Origin: Theionarchaea archaeon
GTDB lineage: Archaea > Methanobacteriota_B > Thermococci > Methanofastidiosales > SZ-28-30
Direction: 5' to 3'
DNA: 64,000 nucleotides
Assembly (NCBI GenBank): GCA_018992685.1
Contig: JACVGT010000021.1
Coordinates: 81,748-145,747 of the forward strand
Shown: positions 22,826 to 32,520 of the stretch, piece after piece
How the letters are laid out: every line of letters starts with the position of its first letter
Position numbering within the stretch: the first letter of the stretch is position 1
Notes under the pieces: model-generated
The model's database searches: none
What the model was told of the DNA's origin: nothing
What the model saw: only the letters and a program-made list of their open reading frames with translations
Program-made: the position numbers and the translations under genes

Positions 22826-23782
22826 ATGGAGATCCGCAAGCTGCAGTGCACTGGAGGCGGCACCTACATTCTGTCATTGCCCAAGAAGTGGATAGAGAAG
22901 TATTCTTTACAGAAAGGGGACAGTTTCGGCTTATTTGAACAGGAAAACGGATTATTCATAACTCCAAAATTTGAAGAAAGAAAGGAGAAGCAGGTGGAGA
23001 TCACCGCGGACGAATTTGTAGCCAGAAAAATTATGACGTCCTACACGTATGGGTATTCCTCCCTTTCCATTACTGGTAACCTGACCAATGAAGTCAGGTC
23101 TCAGATTCGAAAGACGGTGGATACCTTGCTGGGATATGAGATAATTGATGAGAAAGAGAACGCCATATTCGTCCAGGACTTGCTGAACCCCTCAGAACTT
23201 ACCACTGAGAAAGCTCTCAAGAGAGAGTATTTTCTGGCTTCCAGCATGCATAAAGACCTCAACAGAGCCATATCTTCTCAGAGGTTTGGAATGGCAAATG
23301 ATATCATCACCCGGGATTCCGAAGTGGACAAGCTATATTTTCTGATTGTGAGGCAGCTGAGGTCAGCTCTCCAGAATACAGGGTTTGCAGAGAAGGTGGG
23401 TGTCTCCCCCTTGGAATGCCTGGATGTCCGCATTGTTGCCAAGAACGTGGAGGAGATAGGGGATTCGGCTGAGACTGCATCCCGCAACCTCCTTGAAATT
23501 GACTCAATGCCAGAAGACATTGCAGAGGATATGGTCAGCTTCAGTGAGCTTGCCTTCTTGATGCACGAGACAGCATTTAGGGCCTTCCTGGATGCAGACA
23601 GGGCAAAGGCGAACCTCGTCATTGAGAAACTTGACGAAGCGGTGTCACGGAAAGAGGAACTCGATGAGAGAATTCTGAAGGCTGAACAGGCAGTGCTTCT
23701 GGGAAATATTGTAGAGAATATCGAGATTATCTGCGAAAAGGGAAGTGATGTGGCAGACCTGGTGTTCACTCCAGAGGACTGA
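22826..23782 (+). CDS. phoU: AbrB-domain plus PhoU-repeat regulator (archaeal phosphate uptake regulator type)
   Basis: EIRKLQCTGGGTYILSLPKKW (AbrB/SpoVT), RDSEVDKLYFLIVR, VEEIGD (PhoU repeats). Confidence 0.85.
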   Translation: MEIRKLQCTGGGTYILSLPKKWIEKYSLQKGDSFGLFEQENGLFITPKFEERKEKQVEITADEFVARKIMTSYTYGYSSLSITGNLTNEVRSQIRKTVDTLLGYEIIDEKENAIFVQDLLNPSELTTEKALKREYFLASSMHKDLNRAISSQRFGMANDIITRDSEVDKLYFLIVRQLRSALQNTGFAEKVGVSPLECLDVRIVAKNVEEIGDSAETASRNLLEIDSMPEDIAEDMVSFSELAFLMHETAFRAFLDADRAKANLVIEKLDEAVSRKEELDERILKAEQAVLLGNIVENIEIICEKGSDVADLVFTPED

Positions 23783-23812
23783 CTCATAAGATATAAAGAA
23801 AAGAGAAGAATA

Positions 23813-25462
23813 TTACAAGATATCCAGTGCGCGAGACAATACGTGACTTCCTCTGTAATCAGGAAGCAGCATGGGTGCTCTCCTGTCTGTCTCTACTCCG
23901 GCATTCTGCAAAGCTTCTTCGTATTTCCGTACATGATCCAAACTCAATTTGCCTAGTGCCACTTTCTTCACATATTCTGCTGCATTGATGCCAGCTCGTC
24001 TCCCGAAGACATTGTAGTCCAGAAGCGAATTGCCCATCAGCCTGTTCTTTCCATGGACTCCACCTTCAACCTCTCCGCCTGCGAACAACCCAGGGACAGA
24101 CGTTTCCGCCTTATCGGTTATCTCCACACCGCCGTTCTGATAGTGAAGCGTGGGAAAGACCAGGATGGGGTCCTGGGTCATATCAATGCCAAACCGTTCA
24201 AACATCCGCACCATGGCCGCTAGGTTCTTTCTGATAGTACCCTCCCCCTTTAGATCATCGATCATGGGAGAATCCAGCCACACACCTTTCATTCCCGTGG
24301 GAGTGGTAAGCCCATTGTCCCTCCCATAGCATTCTCGAATGAAGTTTGCAGATTCTACATCTCTGGGCTCCAGCGGGTACACAAAGAGTTCACCATCCTT
24401 GTTCACCGGTTGGGCACCCAACCCCCTTACCTTCTCTGTCACCAGTAGTCCCACAATTTGCTCAGGGTACGCGGCTCCCGTGGGATGATACTGCACAGAG
24501 TCGAGGTCAATGAGATTGGCACCTACATGATAGGCCATAACAAGCCCGTCCGCCGTCGCTCCATAGTGGTTGGTGGTGGCAAATCCCTGGATGTGTAACC
24601 GCCCAAATCCACCGGTGGCCAGAATCACAGCCTTTGCCCTTACCACGTAGTACTGATCTGTCTCCATGTTGAAAAGAACAGCTCCTGCAATCCTGCCCTG
24701 ATCATCCTTTAACAACTCCACAGCAGGAGAGAATTCCAGTACAGGGACTCCAATGTTCCGGGCTTCATCCCTGACTGTCCGCATGATCTCCATCCCCGTA
24801 TAGTCCCTGGCAGAGTGCATCCTCTTTCTAGAGGTCCCCCCTCCGCTGAGCTCCATCATCACTCCTTTGTCATCTTTATCATACATGACTCCCAGTTCCT
24901 CATGCCACTTTATGATTCTGGGCGCATCCATGGTCAACGCTCTTACCAGTTCGGGCTTGTTGGTGAAATGCCCTCCTCCAATAGCATCCAGATAATGGCG
25001 AGGAGGACTATCTTCCGGTCGATCTGCAGCCTGAATTCCACCCTGGGCCATCATGGAGTTGGAGTCACCATGTCGCAGTTTGGTGGTTATGAGCATCCTG
25101 TCCACAGGTATCCCTGCATAGTGGGCCCAGAGAGCAGCAACAGTGCCTGCACCTCCACCACCGATGATGAGAATGTCACAATCATGATCGACCTTGGACA
25201 GATCAACATCATCAGGATCTATCAGCGGGTGGGCTTCAAGCAAATCTGCCACCTCATGAGGCAGGCGCTGCCCCTTGCTTGGTCCAATCTTCAGGTCTCG
25301 CTTCGCTTCCGGCTTGTAATCCGGGTGGTATTCGTTGAGAATCTGTTCCCTCTCCTCCAGGGTCATGGCCTTAAATGTGGCTTTCAGTCTCTGAGGGCGG
25401 GTTTTCTCCACTTTTTCTATTGATTCTCGCATGTAGTCTGGATAACCTCTGATTATTTCCAT
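23813..25462 (-). CDS. Fumarate reductase/succinate dehydrogenase-family flavoprotein (TfrA/FrdA-like)
   Basis: IIGGGGAG, SNSMMAQGG, LATGG, QYHPTG, TEKVRG, PRDV, LHYQNGG, HGKNRLMGNSL. Confidence 0.9.
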   Translation of the reverse strand: MEIIRGYPDYMRESIEKVEKTRPQRLKATFKAMTLEEREQILNEYHPDYKPEAKRDLKIGPSKGQRLPHEVADLLEAHPLIDPDDVDLSKVDHDCDILIIGGGGAGTVAALWAHYAGIPVDRMLITTKLRHGDSNSMMAQGGIQAADRPEDSPPRHYLDAIGGGHFTNKPELVRALTMDAPRIIKWHEELGVMYDKDDKGVMMELSGGGTSRKRMHSARDYTGMEIMRTVRDEARNIGVPVLEFSPAVELLKDDQGRIAGAVLFNMETDQYYVVRAKAVILATGGFGRLHIQGFATTNHYGATADGLVMAYHVGANLIDLDSVQYHPTGAAYPEQIVGLLVTEKVRGLGAQPVNKDGELFVYPLEPRDVESANFIRECYGRDNGLTTPTGMKGVWLDSPMIDDLKGEGTIRKNLAAMVRMFERFGIDMTQDPILVFPTLHYQNGGVEITDKAETSVPGLFAGGEVEGGVHGKNRLMGNSLLDYNVFGRRAGINAAEYVKKVALGKLSLDHVRKYEEALQNAGVETDRRAPMLLPDYRGSHVLSRALDIL

Positions 25463-25471
25463 GAATATCCC

Positions 25472-26161
25472 TCACTTCTCAATATCCCTCTCTATGTATG
25501 ATTTCTTCAACTGGTCCAGGTCCATGGTGGTAAGGTTCTCCATTTCCTGATCGAACACTCCAGCTTCGATTTCGTCATTCCGCTCCTTCAGATGCAGTGA
25601 CTTGGGCAGGATGAACTTCCCGTACAATCGCCGGGCCAGCTGACCCACGTGATAATGGACAATATCTGCCGGACATCGTGCTGCACACAGCCCACACTGC
25701 AGACAGTCAAATGACAGTTCAGCTGCCTGTTCAATATCTCCTCGTAATGATGCCTGGATGTAGTCCATGACCTGCAAATCCTGTGGACACGCTTTAGTAC
25801 AGGTATTGCAGCTGACACATCGTGCAATTTCGGGGTACAACGATACAATGATGTTGGGTCCAGAAGCAAGTTCTTCAAGTTCATATTCTGCCTTGTTGGC
25901 AGGAACAAAAGGCAGTTCTGTCAAATACATGCCGTCCTCTGCAGGAGTCTGGCAGGCTAAAGCCGTCTTGAATTTGTATTCATCTTTTTTTCGGAATATT
26001 GTTCCACAAGCCCCACAGAACCCAGCTCTACATCCTGCTCCTCTGATGAACCGGTATCCTGCGTATTCCATGGCCTTCATGATGGTCAGTCCTTCAGGAA
26101 CGTCATATTCCTTACCCATGATGTAGACTTTGATCATTCTGGTCTTGATAGTATCTGTCAT
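25472..26161 (-). CDS. FrdB/SdhB-like iron-sulfur subunit
   Basis: GCRAGFCGAC...LAC 2Fe-2S motif and two CxxCxxCxxxCP motifs. Confidence 0.88.
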   Translation of the reverse strand: MTDTIKTRMIKVYIMGKEYDVPEGLTIMKAMEYAGYRFIRGAGCRAGFCGACGTIFRKKDEYKFKTALACQTPAEDGMYLTELPFVPANKAEYELEELASGPNIIVSLYPEIARCVSCNTCTKACPQDLQVMDYIQASLRGDIEQAAELSFDCLQCGLCAARCPADIVHYHVGQLARRLYGKFILPKSLHLKERNDEIEAGVFDQEMENLTTMDLDQLKKSYIERDIEK

Positions 26162-26165
26162 ACAA

Positions 26166-27023
26166 TCACCTTAACAGTCCTTTCTCTTTCAATAACGGTT
26201 TGGGATCAACATAGTGTTGATCAAATTCGAGGGCATCGAAGAGCCCCAATGATATAGCCAGTAACTGGGAGAAATACAGAATTGGCATGGGTGCCAGTTC
26301 CTGTTCCAGGTCTTTCTGCCTGAAGTCTAGATTGAATTCACACAGAGGACAGGATAGAACCACAGCTTCTGCACCTCTCTTGCGGGCAGAACTGAGAATG
26401 TGGTATGTTTTCTCGCATACAACCTCTTTATGATTTACCGTGTGATAACTTCCACAGCATTCAAGCTTATACGGATAGTCCACAACAGTAGCCCCCAGGG
26501 AGGTAAGAAGTTCTGCCATCACCGTAGGTCTTTCCGGGTTGTCGATGGAGATCTCCTCAGGTCGCAGCAATAAGCAGCCATAATAGGGTACAACAGTCAA
26601 TCCTTTGAGGGGGTTCTTTACGGGGAGAGAATCGAATCCCATCTCCTTCAATACTGTCAAATAATGAACCACCGTCACTCCGCCTGTGTAGTCTTCCTCC
26701 TGGTCCATGAACGAGTTCATCTTTTCAAGCTTCTCAGGGTCACTCTTCACCAGTTGATTTGCCTGCTCCAGGGTATTGTAGCACATGGAGCACAGTGTCG
26801 TCACTCTGTCATACCCCATGTCCTGGACTCTGATCAAGTTTCGTATCGGTGCCAACTGGTGCATGAGATCATCACTGGCCAGTGAATAGACTGTGCCACA
26901 GCAGTTCCAGCGGGGCATCTCGATGAGTTCAATACCCACTGCTTCTGAAACTGCCTTTGTGGTGTCCTCGAAAGGTTTGGCCGTTGTTTTCAAGGTACAC
27001 CCTGGATAATACGGAATCTTCAC
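26166..27023 (-). CDS. hdrB: Heterodisulfide reductase subunit B-like (CCG domain)
   Basis: YYPGC, WNCCG, CSMC, YYGCLLLRP, ECCG, CPLCEFNLD. Confidence 0.9.
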   Translation of the reverse strand: MKIPYYPGCTLKTTAKPFEDTTKAVSEAVGIELIEMPRWNCCGTVYSLASDDLMHQLAPIRNLIRVQDMGYDRVTTLCSMCYNTLEQANQLVKSDPEKLEKMNSFMDQEEDYTGGVTVVHYLTVLKEMGFDSLPVKNPLKGLTVVPYYGCLLLRPEEISIDNPERPTVMAELLTSLGATVVDYPYKLECCGSYHTVNHKEVVCEKTYHILSSARKRGAEAVVLSCPLCEFNLDFRQKDLEQELAPMPILYFSQLLAISLGLFDALEFDQHYVDPKPLLKEKGLLR

Positions 27024-27027
27024 GAAA

Positions 27028-27432
27028 TCACCCTGTATACTTTCTGAAGTTTGACACCAAAGCTACCGGAGGAAGTTCCTTCAGATCTTCCTTGGAAATC
27101 TCAGATATTCTGATGTGATCAACGTTCTCTCGAAGAACAAGCAAGCGTAGTGCTTCCATGACTCTTGTCAAGTCCACATCCTTGGGACACCTGGTGGCAC
27201 ACTGGAAACATGATGCACACAACCAGATGGTCTTGGACTCCAACACGTTCCAGTCGTTGGCCTGGACCAACTCGATGACTTGATGAGGGCGAACATCCAT
27301 AAGAGTTCCTACAGGGCATCCTGCGGAGCACTTACCACATTTATGACAAGAAAAGATCTTCTCTCCACTCAATTCCTCTGCTTTTTCAAGGAGAGTCGTT
27401 TCCTTGGATATTTTCGGGATCATATGACTCAT
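27028..27432 (-). CDS. hdrC: Heterodisulfide reductase subunit C-like ferredoxin
   Basis: CHKCGKCSAGCP and IWLCASCFQCATRCP; directly precedes hdrB. Confidence 0.88.
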   Translation of the reverse strand: MSHMIPKISKETTLLEKAEELSGEKIFSCHKCGKCSAGCPVGTLMDVRPHQVIELVQANDWNVLESKTIWLCASCFQCATRCPKDVDLTRVMEALRLLVLRENVDHIRISEISKEDLKELPPVALVSNFRKYTG

Positions 27433-27695
27433 CTCGGCTGTGATGAAGCCTCTTTACTTATGTATATAAGGTTTTCTATATGAGTTTAAAAAGTTTCTGC
27501 TGTATAAACCTTAATAAGTAGAGGCAAAGGAATCGGAAAAATCCCGGAGTAACTATCTTTCTGGCTGGTCTCAATCCCCCGCTTCAACTAGTGGCACCTG
27601 TCACTCGTCTTCTAACGTTCATCCAGTGCCCAGTCTATCCTACTCTTTAACTCCTGGGTTTCATCCGGCACCTGGCCGCATCTCTGGATACGTGT

Positions 27696-28823
27696 CTACC
27701 CGATTACCAGTGAGTCCAATGTCTTGGGGCACGTGGTCAGCGCATTGCCACCCGTCTTTGTTACCAAGACAGTATCAGAATGCCTGAATCCGCCAAAGCC
27801 AGGTATATACACACCAGGCTCATTGCTGATTACCATGTTCTCCTGCAGAACTGTTGTGTCACCTTCTTCAATCCACGGAGGTTCATGACCTTGTAGTCCA
27901 ATGCCGTGGCCCATTCTATGTCTGAGATAGCGTTCATATCCTCGTTCTCTGATCACTTGAAGGCATTGCTCATTGACATCAGAACATTTCACACCGGCCC
28001 TCACCGCTTCTCCACCCTTTTTTTGGGCCTCATACATGACTTCAAACGCTTCTTTTTGTTCTGGTGCAGGGCTCCCCACAAATCCTGTGCGTTCACTTTC
28101 TGCTTGATATCCACCAACAGCGGCTCCGAAGCTCAGAATGATAGACTCACCTTTTTCCACCTTCTTGCTGGAAGGTAACCCGTGAGGGAGTGCACCATTC
28201 TTCCCGGAGCCCACCAGTCCTCCGCACATGCCGCCCTGAACAGGCACAATTTCCTCCAGTTCTTCAAGCATCCGTTCAGAAACATCCATCCTGGTCCTCT
28301 CATTGATTTCGAATTCAGTGACTCCCGGACGTGTATGGTGGACAGCCCGCTCCACTGCATAGTCTGCATATTCGGCCGCTTTGGAAATTAGGACAACTTC
28401 CTCAGGGGTTTTCACCAATCTCATTTGTGAGATTATGCTGGAAGAACGAATTTTCAAATCAGAGAGTATTTTATGGGATGATATAGCAAGACTGTCCTCA
28501 ATGCCCACATTGACCAAGGCCCGCTTCTTTAAGTGTGATTTGATCCATTCGATGCGATTGATCTCCCCCGGATAGTCAAAATATGTTTCTACCTCTGTAT
28601 GTTCGGGGACATGATCCACCTCCAAGAGGGGAATCAACAAGAGGGGTACACCTTCTCGGGGAATTACTGCTGCCAGAGGTCTTTCTGTCCTCAAGTGAAA
28701 GAACCCTGTTGCATAGGCGATATTGGCTGGCTCAAAAAGGAGGAGAGCATCCAGAGACTGCGTGTCCAGAGTGTCTTGGATTTTGTGGCAGATCTTTTGA
28801 TAGAATTCGCTGCTCAGCTTCAT
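27696..28823 (-). CDS. M24/creatinase-fold hydrolase (Xaa-Pro peptidase family)
   Basis: Creatinase_N-like N-terminus (NIAYATGF), RLVKTPEE, HRMGHGIGL..HEPP, NEPGVY. Start chosen at ATG 28823. Confidence 0.85.
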   Translation of the reverse strand: MKLSSEFYQKICHKIQDTLDTQSLDALLLFEPANIAYATGFFHLRTERPLAAVIPREGVPLLLIPLLEVDHVPEHTEVETYFDYPGEINRIEWIKSHLKKRALVNVGIEDSLAISSHKILSDLKIRSSSIISQMRLVKTPEEVVLISKAAEYADYAVERAVHHTRPGVTEFEINERTRMDVSERMLEELEEIVPVQGGMCGGLVGSGKNGALPHGLPSSKKVEKGESIILSFGAAVGGYQAESERTGFVGSPAPEQKEAFEVMYEAQKKGGEAVRAGVKCSDVNEQCLQVIRERGYERYLRHRMGHGIGLQGHEPPWIEEGDTTVLQENMVISNEPGVYIPGFGGFRHSDTVLVTKTGGNALTTCPKTLDSLVIG

Positions 28824-28933
28824 AAGTTCTCTTTTCCCAATCGTGATATATAGGTTGCGGTGGAAGCAGTAACAACCTCTTTGAAGCTGCTTCCGTGACT
28901 GCCAGGGAATTCTTACCTGTTCTGCTGCCAAAG

Positions 28934-28941
28934 TTTATAAA
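28934..28941 (+). promoter_or_regulatory. TATA box of the tRNA-Gly gene
   Basis: TTTATAAA preceded by a purine-rich BRE-like CAAAG, ending about 23 nt before the tRNA. Confidence 0.7.
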
Positions 28942-28963
28942 GTTAGGTTTCTACCCCTCAATG

Positions 28964-29034
28964 GCGGCTGTAGTCTAGTGGTAGGACTCAAGCCCCCCAA
29001 GCTTGCGACGCGGGTTCGAATCCCGCCAGCCGCA
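28964..29034 (+). tRNA. tRNA-Gly(CCC), intronless, CCA not encoded
   Basis: Acceptor stem GCGGCTG/CAGCCGC plus A73, D-arm GTCTAGTGGTAGGAC, anticodon arm CAAGC-CCCCCAA-GCTTG, T-arm GCGGG-TTCGAAT-CCCGC. Confidence 0.93.
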
Positions 29035-29138
29035 TTCCATGTATGTGTTCCTGGGGAATTGAAGGTAGAGCCTGTGCCTGTCCCAGGTTCGAGGACTCTG
29101 GACCGCAAACCTATTTATAAGCACCTCAAAAGAGCATC

Positions 29139-30776
29139 ATGAAGCAAGCATTTGACAGGCTCCAGAAAGAATTCATGGAAGTGTGCTTCTGCAGGCGTCC
29201 TCAGGAAGCGAGTTATCTTGGATTCACTGAGTATGATGCAAAAATGCCCTTGGGGAGTCTTGATCATCGTGTAAGAGAAATAAAGCAGGATAGAGAATTC
29301 CTGCAACGGTTTTGTGATATTAATGAAGAAAACCTGGACTTTGATCGAAGGCTTTCCCTGAAATTGGCTATTCATAAGCTGAAGATATGGTTATTTGTGG
29401 ACGAGACTCTTCAGCATTATTTAATGGATCCCAATGCGTCAAATGAAATTTCCTCAGCCCTGAACAGTCTGTTCATACGGGAAGGGCCTGAGAAGTTCTA
29501 TCCAATCCTGAAGAGACTAGAGCAGACTCCCCAGTACATTGAAGACTTCAAGAGCCGAATAGTTCACCCCACACGACTGTGGACAGAAATGGCTATAGAA
29601 GCTGCCGACGGGTTGCTTGAATTTCTGCCTCTGATCGTGGCTGCAGCCAGAGATGAAGCACCGCACATTGCGGAGTCAATAGAAGATGCCGGAAAGACGG
29701 TGGAGAAGTCACTGCTGAGCTACATATCCTTCTTGCGTGGGATTCTCCCCCAGGCTGTCACTCCCTGGGTCATGGGAAAGGAGAATTTTGAGACACTCCT
29801 GAGACTCAGGAAAATACCTTATACAGGGGCCCAAATCCTGGATATGGGAAAAAAGTGGCTTAAAGATGAGACAGAGATTCTGACGGAACTTGCACGCACA
29901 ATTGACGGTAAAAAATCTGTGGATGAAGTTGCTCGGGCAGTGAAATCGCAGCACCCCCCCACCTTTGACGAGGTCCTGGAGTTGTACCGTACCTACATAG
30001 AAAAATCTAGGGGTTTCATCATTGCTAATGATATTGTAACCGTCCCTGAGAATGAGGTCCTTGTAGTTCAGGAGACTCCATCCTACATCAGGTATCAGTT
30101 GCCTTTTGCTGCTTATATGGCGGCCCCCGCGGTAGGGAATCGGATTGGTCACTACTGGGTTACTCCTCCCGAAGACGCGCAGGGGCTGGATGAGCACTCT
30201 GAACCTGCAATAGCCAACACCTCGGTCCATGAGGCATATCCAGGACATCATATTCAGATTTTCTGTAGCAACAGCCATCCTCACCCATTGCGCTGGGCCT
30301 TCACTCCGTCTGACGTCTATGCCAAATACGTGTCCGAAGGCCCTGAATTGATTGAAGGATGGGCTCACTACTGTGAAGAATATATGCTGCAGAAAGGATT
30401 CAGTGCGACCCGTGAACACAGATTCATCAAGGCTCTGTGGGGAAGATTCAGGGCAATCCGAATAGTCGCAGATGTGCAGCTTTCAACAGGAGATATGACA
30501 TTTGATGAAGCTGTCGCCTTCTTGCAGACAGAAGGGGGACTCCCTCTGTACGCAGCGAAAGCAGAAGTCAAGAGGTATACTCTTGGTCCTTCCTACCCCC
30601 TGTCCTACCTCCTGGGAAAGCACATGGTAGTAGACCTCAAGGCCAGGGTACAGCAGATGATGGGATCACAGTTCACAGACAAATTCTTTCATGATACCCT
30701 TGTCTATGAAGGGACCATGCCACTGGCTCTCATGGAGGAAGCATTTGTCCACAGATCACAAGAACACTCTCTCTAG
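29139..30776 (+). CDS. DUF885 family putative metallopeptidase
   Basis: HEAYPGHHIQ, IEGWAHYCE, RAIRIVAD, EVKRY...PLSYLLG, FHDTL. Confidence 0.88.
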   Translation: MKQAFDRLQKEFMEVCFCRRPQEASYLGFTEYDAKMPLGSLDHRVREIKQDREFLQRFCDINEENLDFDRRLSLKLAIHKLKIWLFVDETLQHYLMDPNASNEISSALNSLFIREGPEKFYPILKRLEQTPQYIEDFKSRIVHPTRLWTEMAIEAADGLLEFLPLIVAAARDEAPHIAESIEDAGKTVEKSLLSYISFLRGILPQAVTPWVMGKENFETLLRLRKIPYTGAQILDMGKKWLKDETEILTELARTIDGKKSVDEVARAVKSQHPPTFDEVLELYRTYIEKSRGFIIANDIVTVPENEVLVVQETPSYIRYQLPFAAYMAAPAVGNRIGHYWVTPPEDAQGLDEHSEPAIANTSVHEAYPGHHIQIFCSNSHPHPLRWAFTPSDVYAKYVSEGPELIEGWAHYCEEYMLQKGFSATREHRFIKALWGRFRAIRIVADVQLSTGDMTFDEAVAFLQTEGGLPLYAAKAEVKRYTLGPSYPLSYLLGKHMVVDLKARVQQMMGSQFTDKFFHDTLVYEGTMPLALMEEAFVHRSQEHSL

Positions 30777-30854
30777 TACAATACTACGGTGAAATGAATA
30801 CCTCTTCCATCAAGGACTACCGACAGCTTTACTCAAAAAAGAAGTGATAAAGAA

Positions 30855-31355
30855 CTACAGACTATCATAGACTGCTCTGAAAATGCTGTAACTCTCTTCT
30901 GAATACAGGACGAAGACCACGTCGAGAGGTTTAGGGTACGTGAGAACCTCCTCCAACATGACCTGTGCACATCGGTTCAGGGGAAAGCCTCCCACACCTG
31001 TGCCCAGTGCAGGAAAGGCTACTCTTTTGACTCCAAGGCTTTCTGCAAGCTTCAGAGCGTTTCTGGTTGCCTTTCGTATTACCTGTTCATTTGTTCTGAG
31101 ATCCTGTCCCATCACTGCTGCATGAATCACGTAGCGTGCAGGCAGTGTGCCAGCACCTGTCTCCACAACATCTCCCACAGATATCGGTCCTTTTCTCACA
31201 GCTTCGTCCTCAATGTCCTGTCCCCCTCTCCTCTTCAGAGCTCCCGCAACTCCGGTCCCCATCCACAGGTGGTTATTTGCTGCATTAACCACAGCATCCA
31301 CCTCAATACTGGAGATGTCTCCTTTTACGAGTCGGATCCTGTCTTTAATAGTCAT
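30855..31355 (-). CDS. Macro-domain ADP-ribose hydrolase (MacroD-like)
   Basis: [38 protein letters not shown]. Confidence 0.92.
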   Translation of the reverse strand: MTIKDRIRLVKGDISSIEVDAVVNAANNHLWMGTGVAGALKRRGGQDIEDEAVRKGPISVGDVVETGAGTLPARYVIHAAVMGQDLRTNEQVIRKATRNALKLAESLGVKRVAFPALGTGVGGFPLNRCAQVMLEEVLTYPKPLDVVFVLYSEESYSIFRAVYDSL

Positions 31356-32184
31356 AGAATCCTTTTCCCGTTTTCCTCCCCAGGTACCCGGCTTCAACCA
31401 TTTTCACCAGTAAAGGACATGGTCGGTACTTACTGTCCTTGTATCCTTCGTACAGAACATTCATTACCGCCAGCACCACGTCCAGTCCGATGAGGTCAGC
31501 CAGCGTCAGAGGCCCCATAGGGTGGTTCATACCCAGTTTCATCACCGTATCGATGGCCTCCCTGGATCCAATTCCCTCGTACAAACAGAAAATCGCCTCG
31601 TTAATCATGGGACATAATATTCTGTTGGAAATAAATCCTGGGAAATCGTTCGCTTCTACAGGGGTCTTTCCCAACTGTTGGGCCAGTTCGACAGTCCTTC
31701 TGGTAGTCTCATCAGAGGTGGGCAGTGCCCTGATGATCTCCACCAGCTTCATCAAGGGAACGGGGTTCATGAAGTGCATACCAATGACTTTATCCGGCCT
31801 GGAGGTTGTAGCGGCCAGCTCCGTAACTGGCAAGCTGGACGTGTTGGTGGCCAGAATACTATCGGGGGAGACAATGGCATCCAGTTCCCTGAATATATCC
31901 TTCTTGAGGTTTAAATTCTCTGTGGCAGCTTCAATGACAAATTCTGCCCCTTTGATATCCTGTAGGTCCAGAGTACCCCGTATCCTGGACAGAATATCTT
32001 TCATGTCTGTATCCGAGATCTTCTCTTTTTCGACGAATTTAGAGAGGCTCTTCTGAATGATAGAGAGTCCTCTGTCAATAAACTGCTGTTCAATATCACG
32101 CATAACAACATCATGTCCTGCCGTGGCACACACTTGGGTAATCCCATTCCCCATGGTGCCAGCACCAATAACAGCGATCTTCAT
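31345..32184 (-). CDS. hbd: 3-hydroxybutyryl-CoA dehydrogenase
   Basis: [55 protein letters not shown] before ATG 32184. Confidence 0.93.
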   Translation of the reverse strand: MKIAVIGAGTMGNGITQVCATAGHDVVMRDIEQQFIDRGLSIIQKSLSKFVEKEKISDTDMKDILSRIRGTLDLQDIKGAEFVIEAATENLNLKKDIFRELDAIVSPDSILATNTSSLPVTELAATTSRPDKVIGMHFMNPVPLMKLVEIIRALPTSDETTRRTVELAQQLGKTPVEANDFPGFISNRILCPMINEAIFCLYEGIGSREAIDTVMKLGMNHPMGPLTLADLIGLDVVLAVMNVLYEGYKDSKYRPCPLLVKMVEAGYLGRKTGKGFYDY

Positions 32185-32520
32185 GTACTCACCTGACCTC
32201 TCTTTTTCCATTGCCTTAAAAGGGTTTACCATCTTTCTATTACATATCACATATCTTGCATGGACTGTATATTCCCGGTCAAAAAACAGAATGTAGATCA
32301 GTATTAGTATTTTCATCTTTTTCATATTCACTATACCGATACACATTTTCGACTCATTTTTCCTTTTTTCTCTCAATTCTCGTAATCTTTTACATATTTG
32401 TCATGAATTTCATTATTTGCTTAAAGAATTGCGATTTCATCGAAAACCAACTTGAGATGTCACGATTTTCCCAAAAAATCTATCGCAAAGCTTAAGTATG
32501 TGTAATGATATTACGGGTAT

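Noticed and set aside
27433-27695. Intergenic gap with TATA-like boxes as a possible sRNA
   Set aside because: No C/D or H/ACA box arrangement or strong fold could be supported; partly explained by the hdrC promoter.
29079-29104. CCAGGTTCGAGG...CTGG resembling a tRNA T-arm or att-site duplicate
   Set aside because: It does not match the tRNA-Gly 3' end, forms no cloverleaf, and no integrase is nearby.
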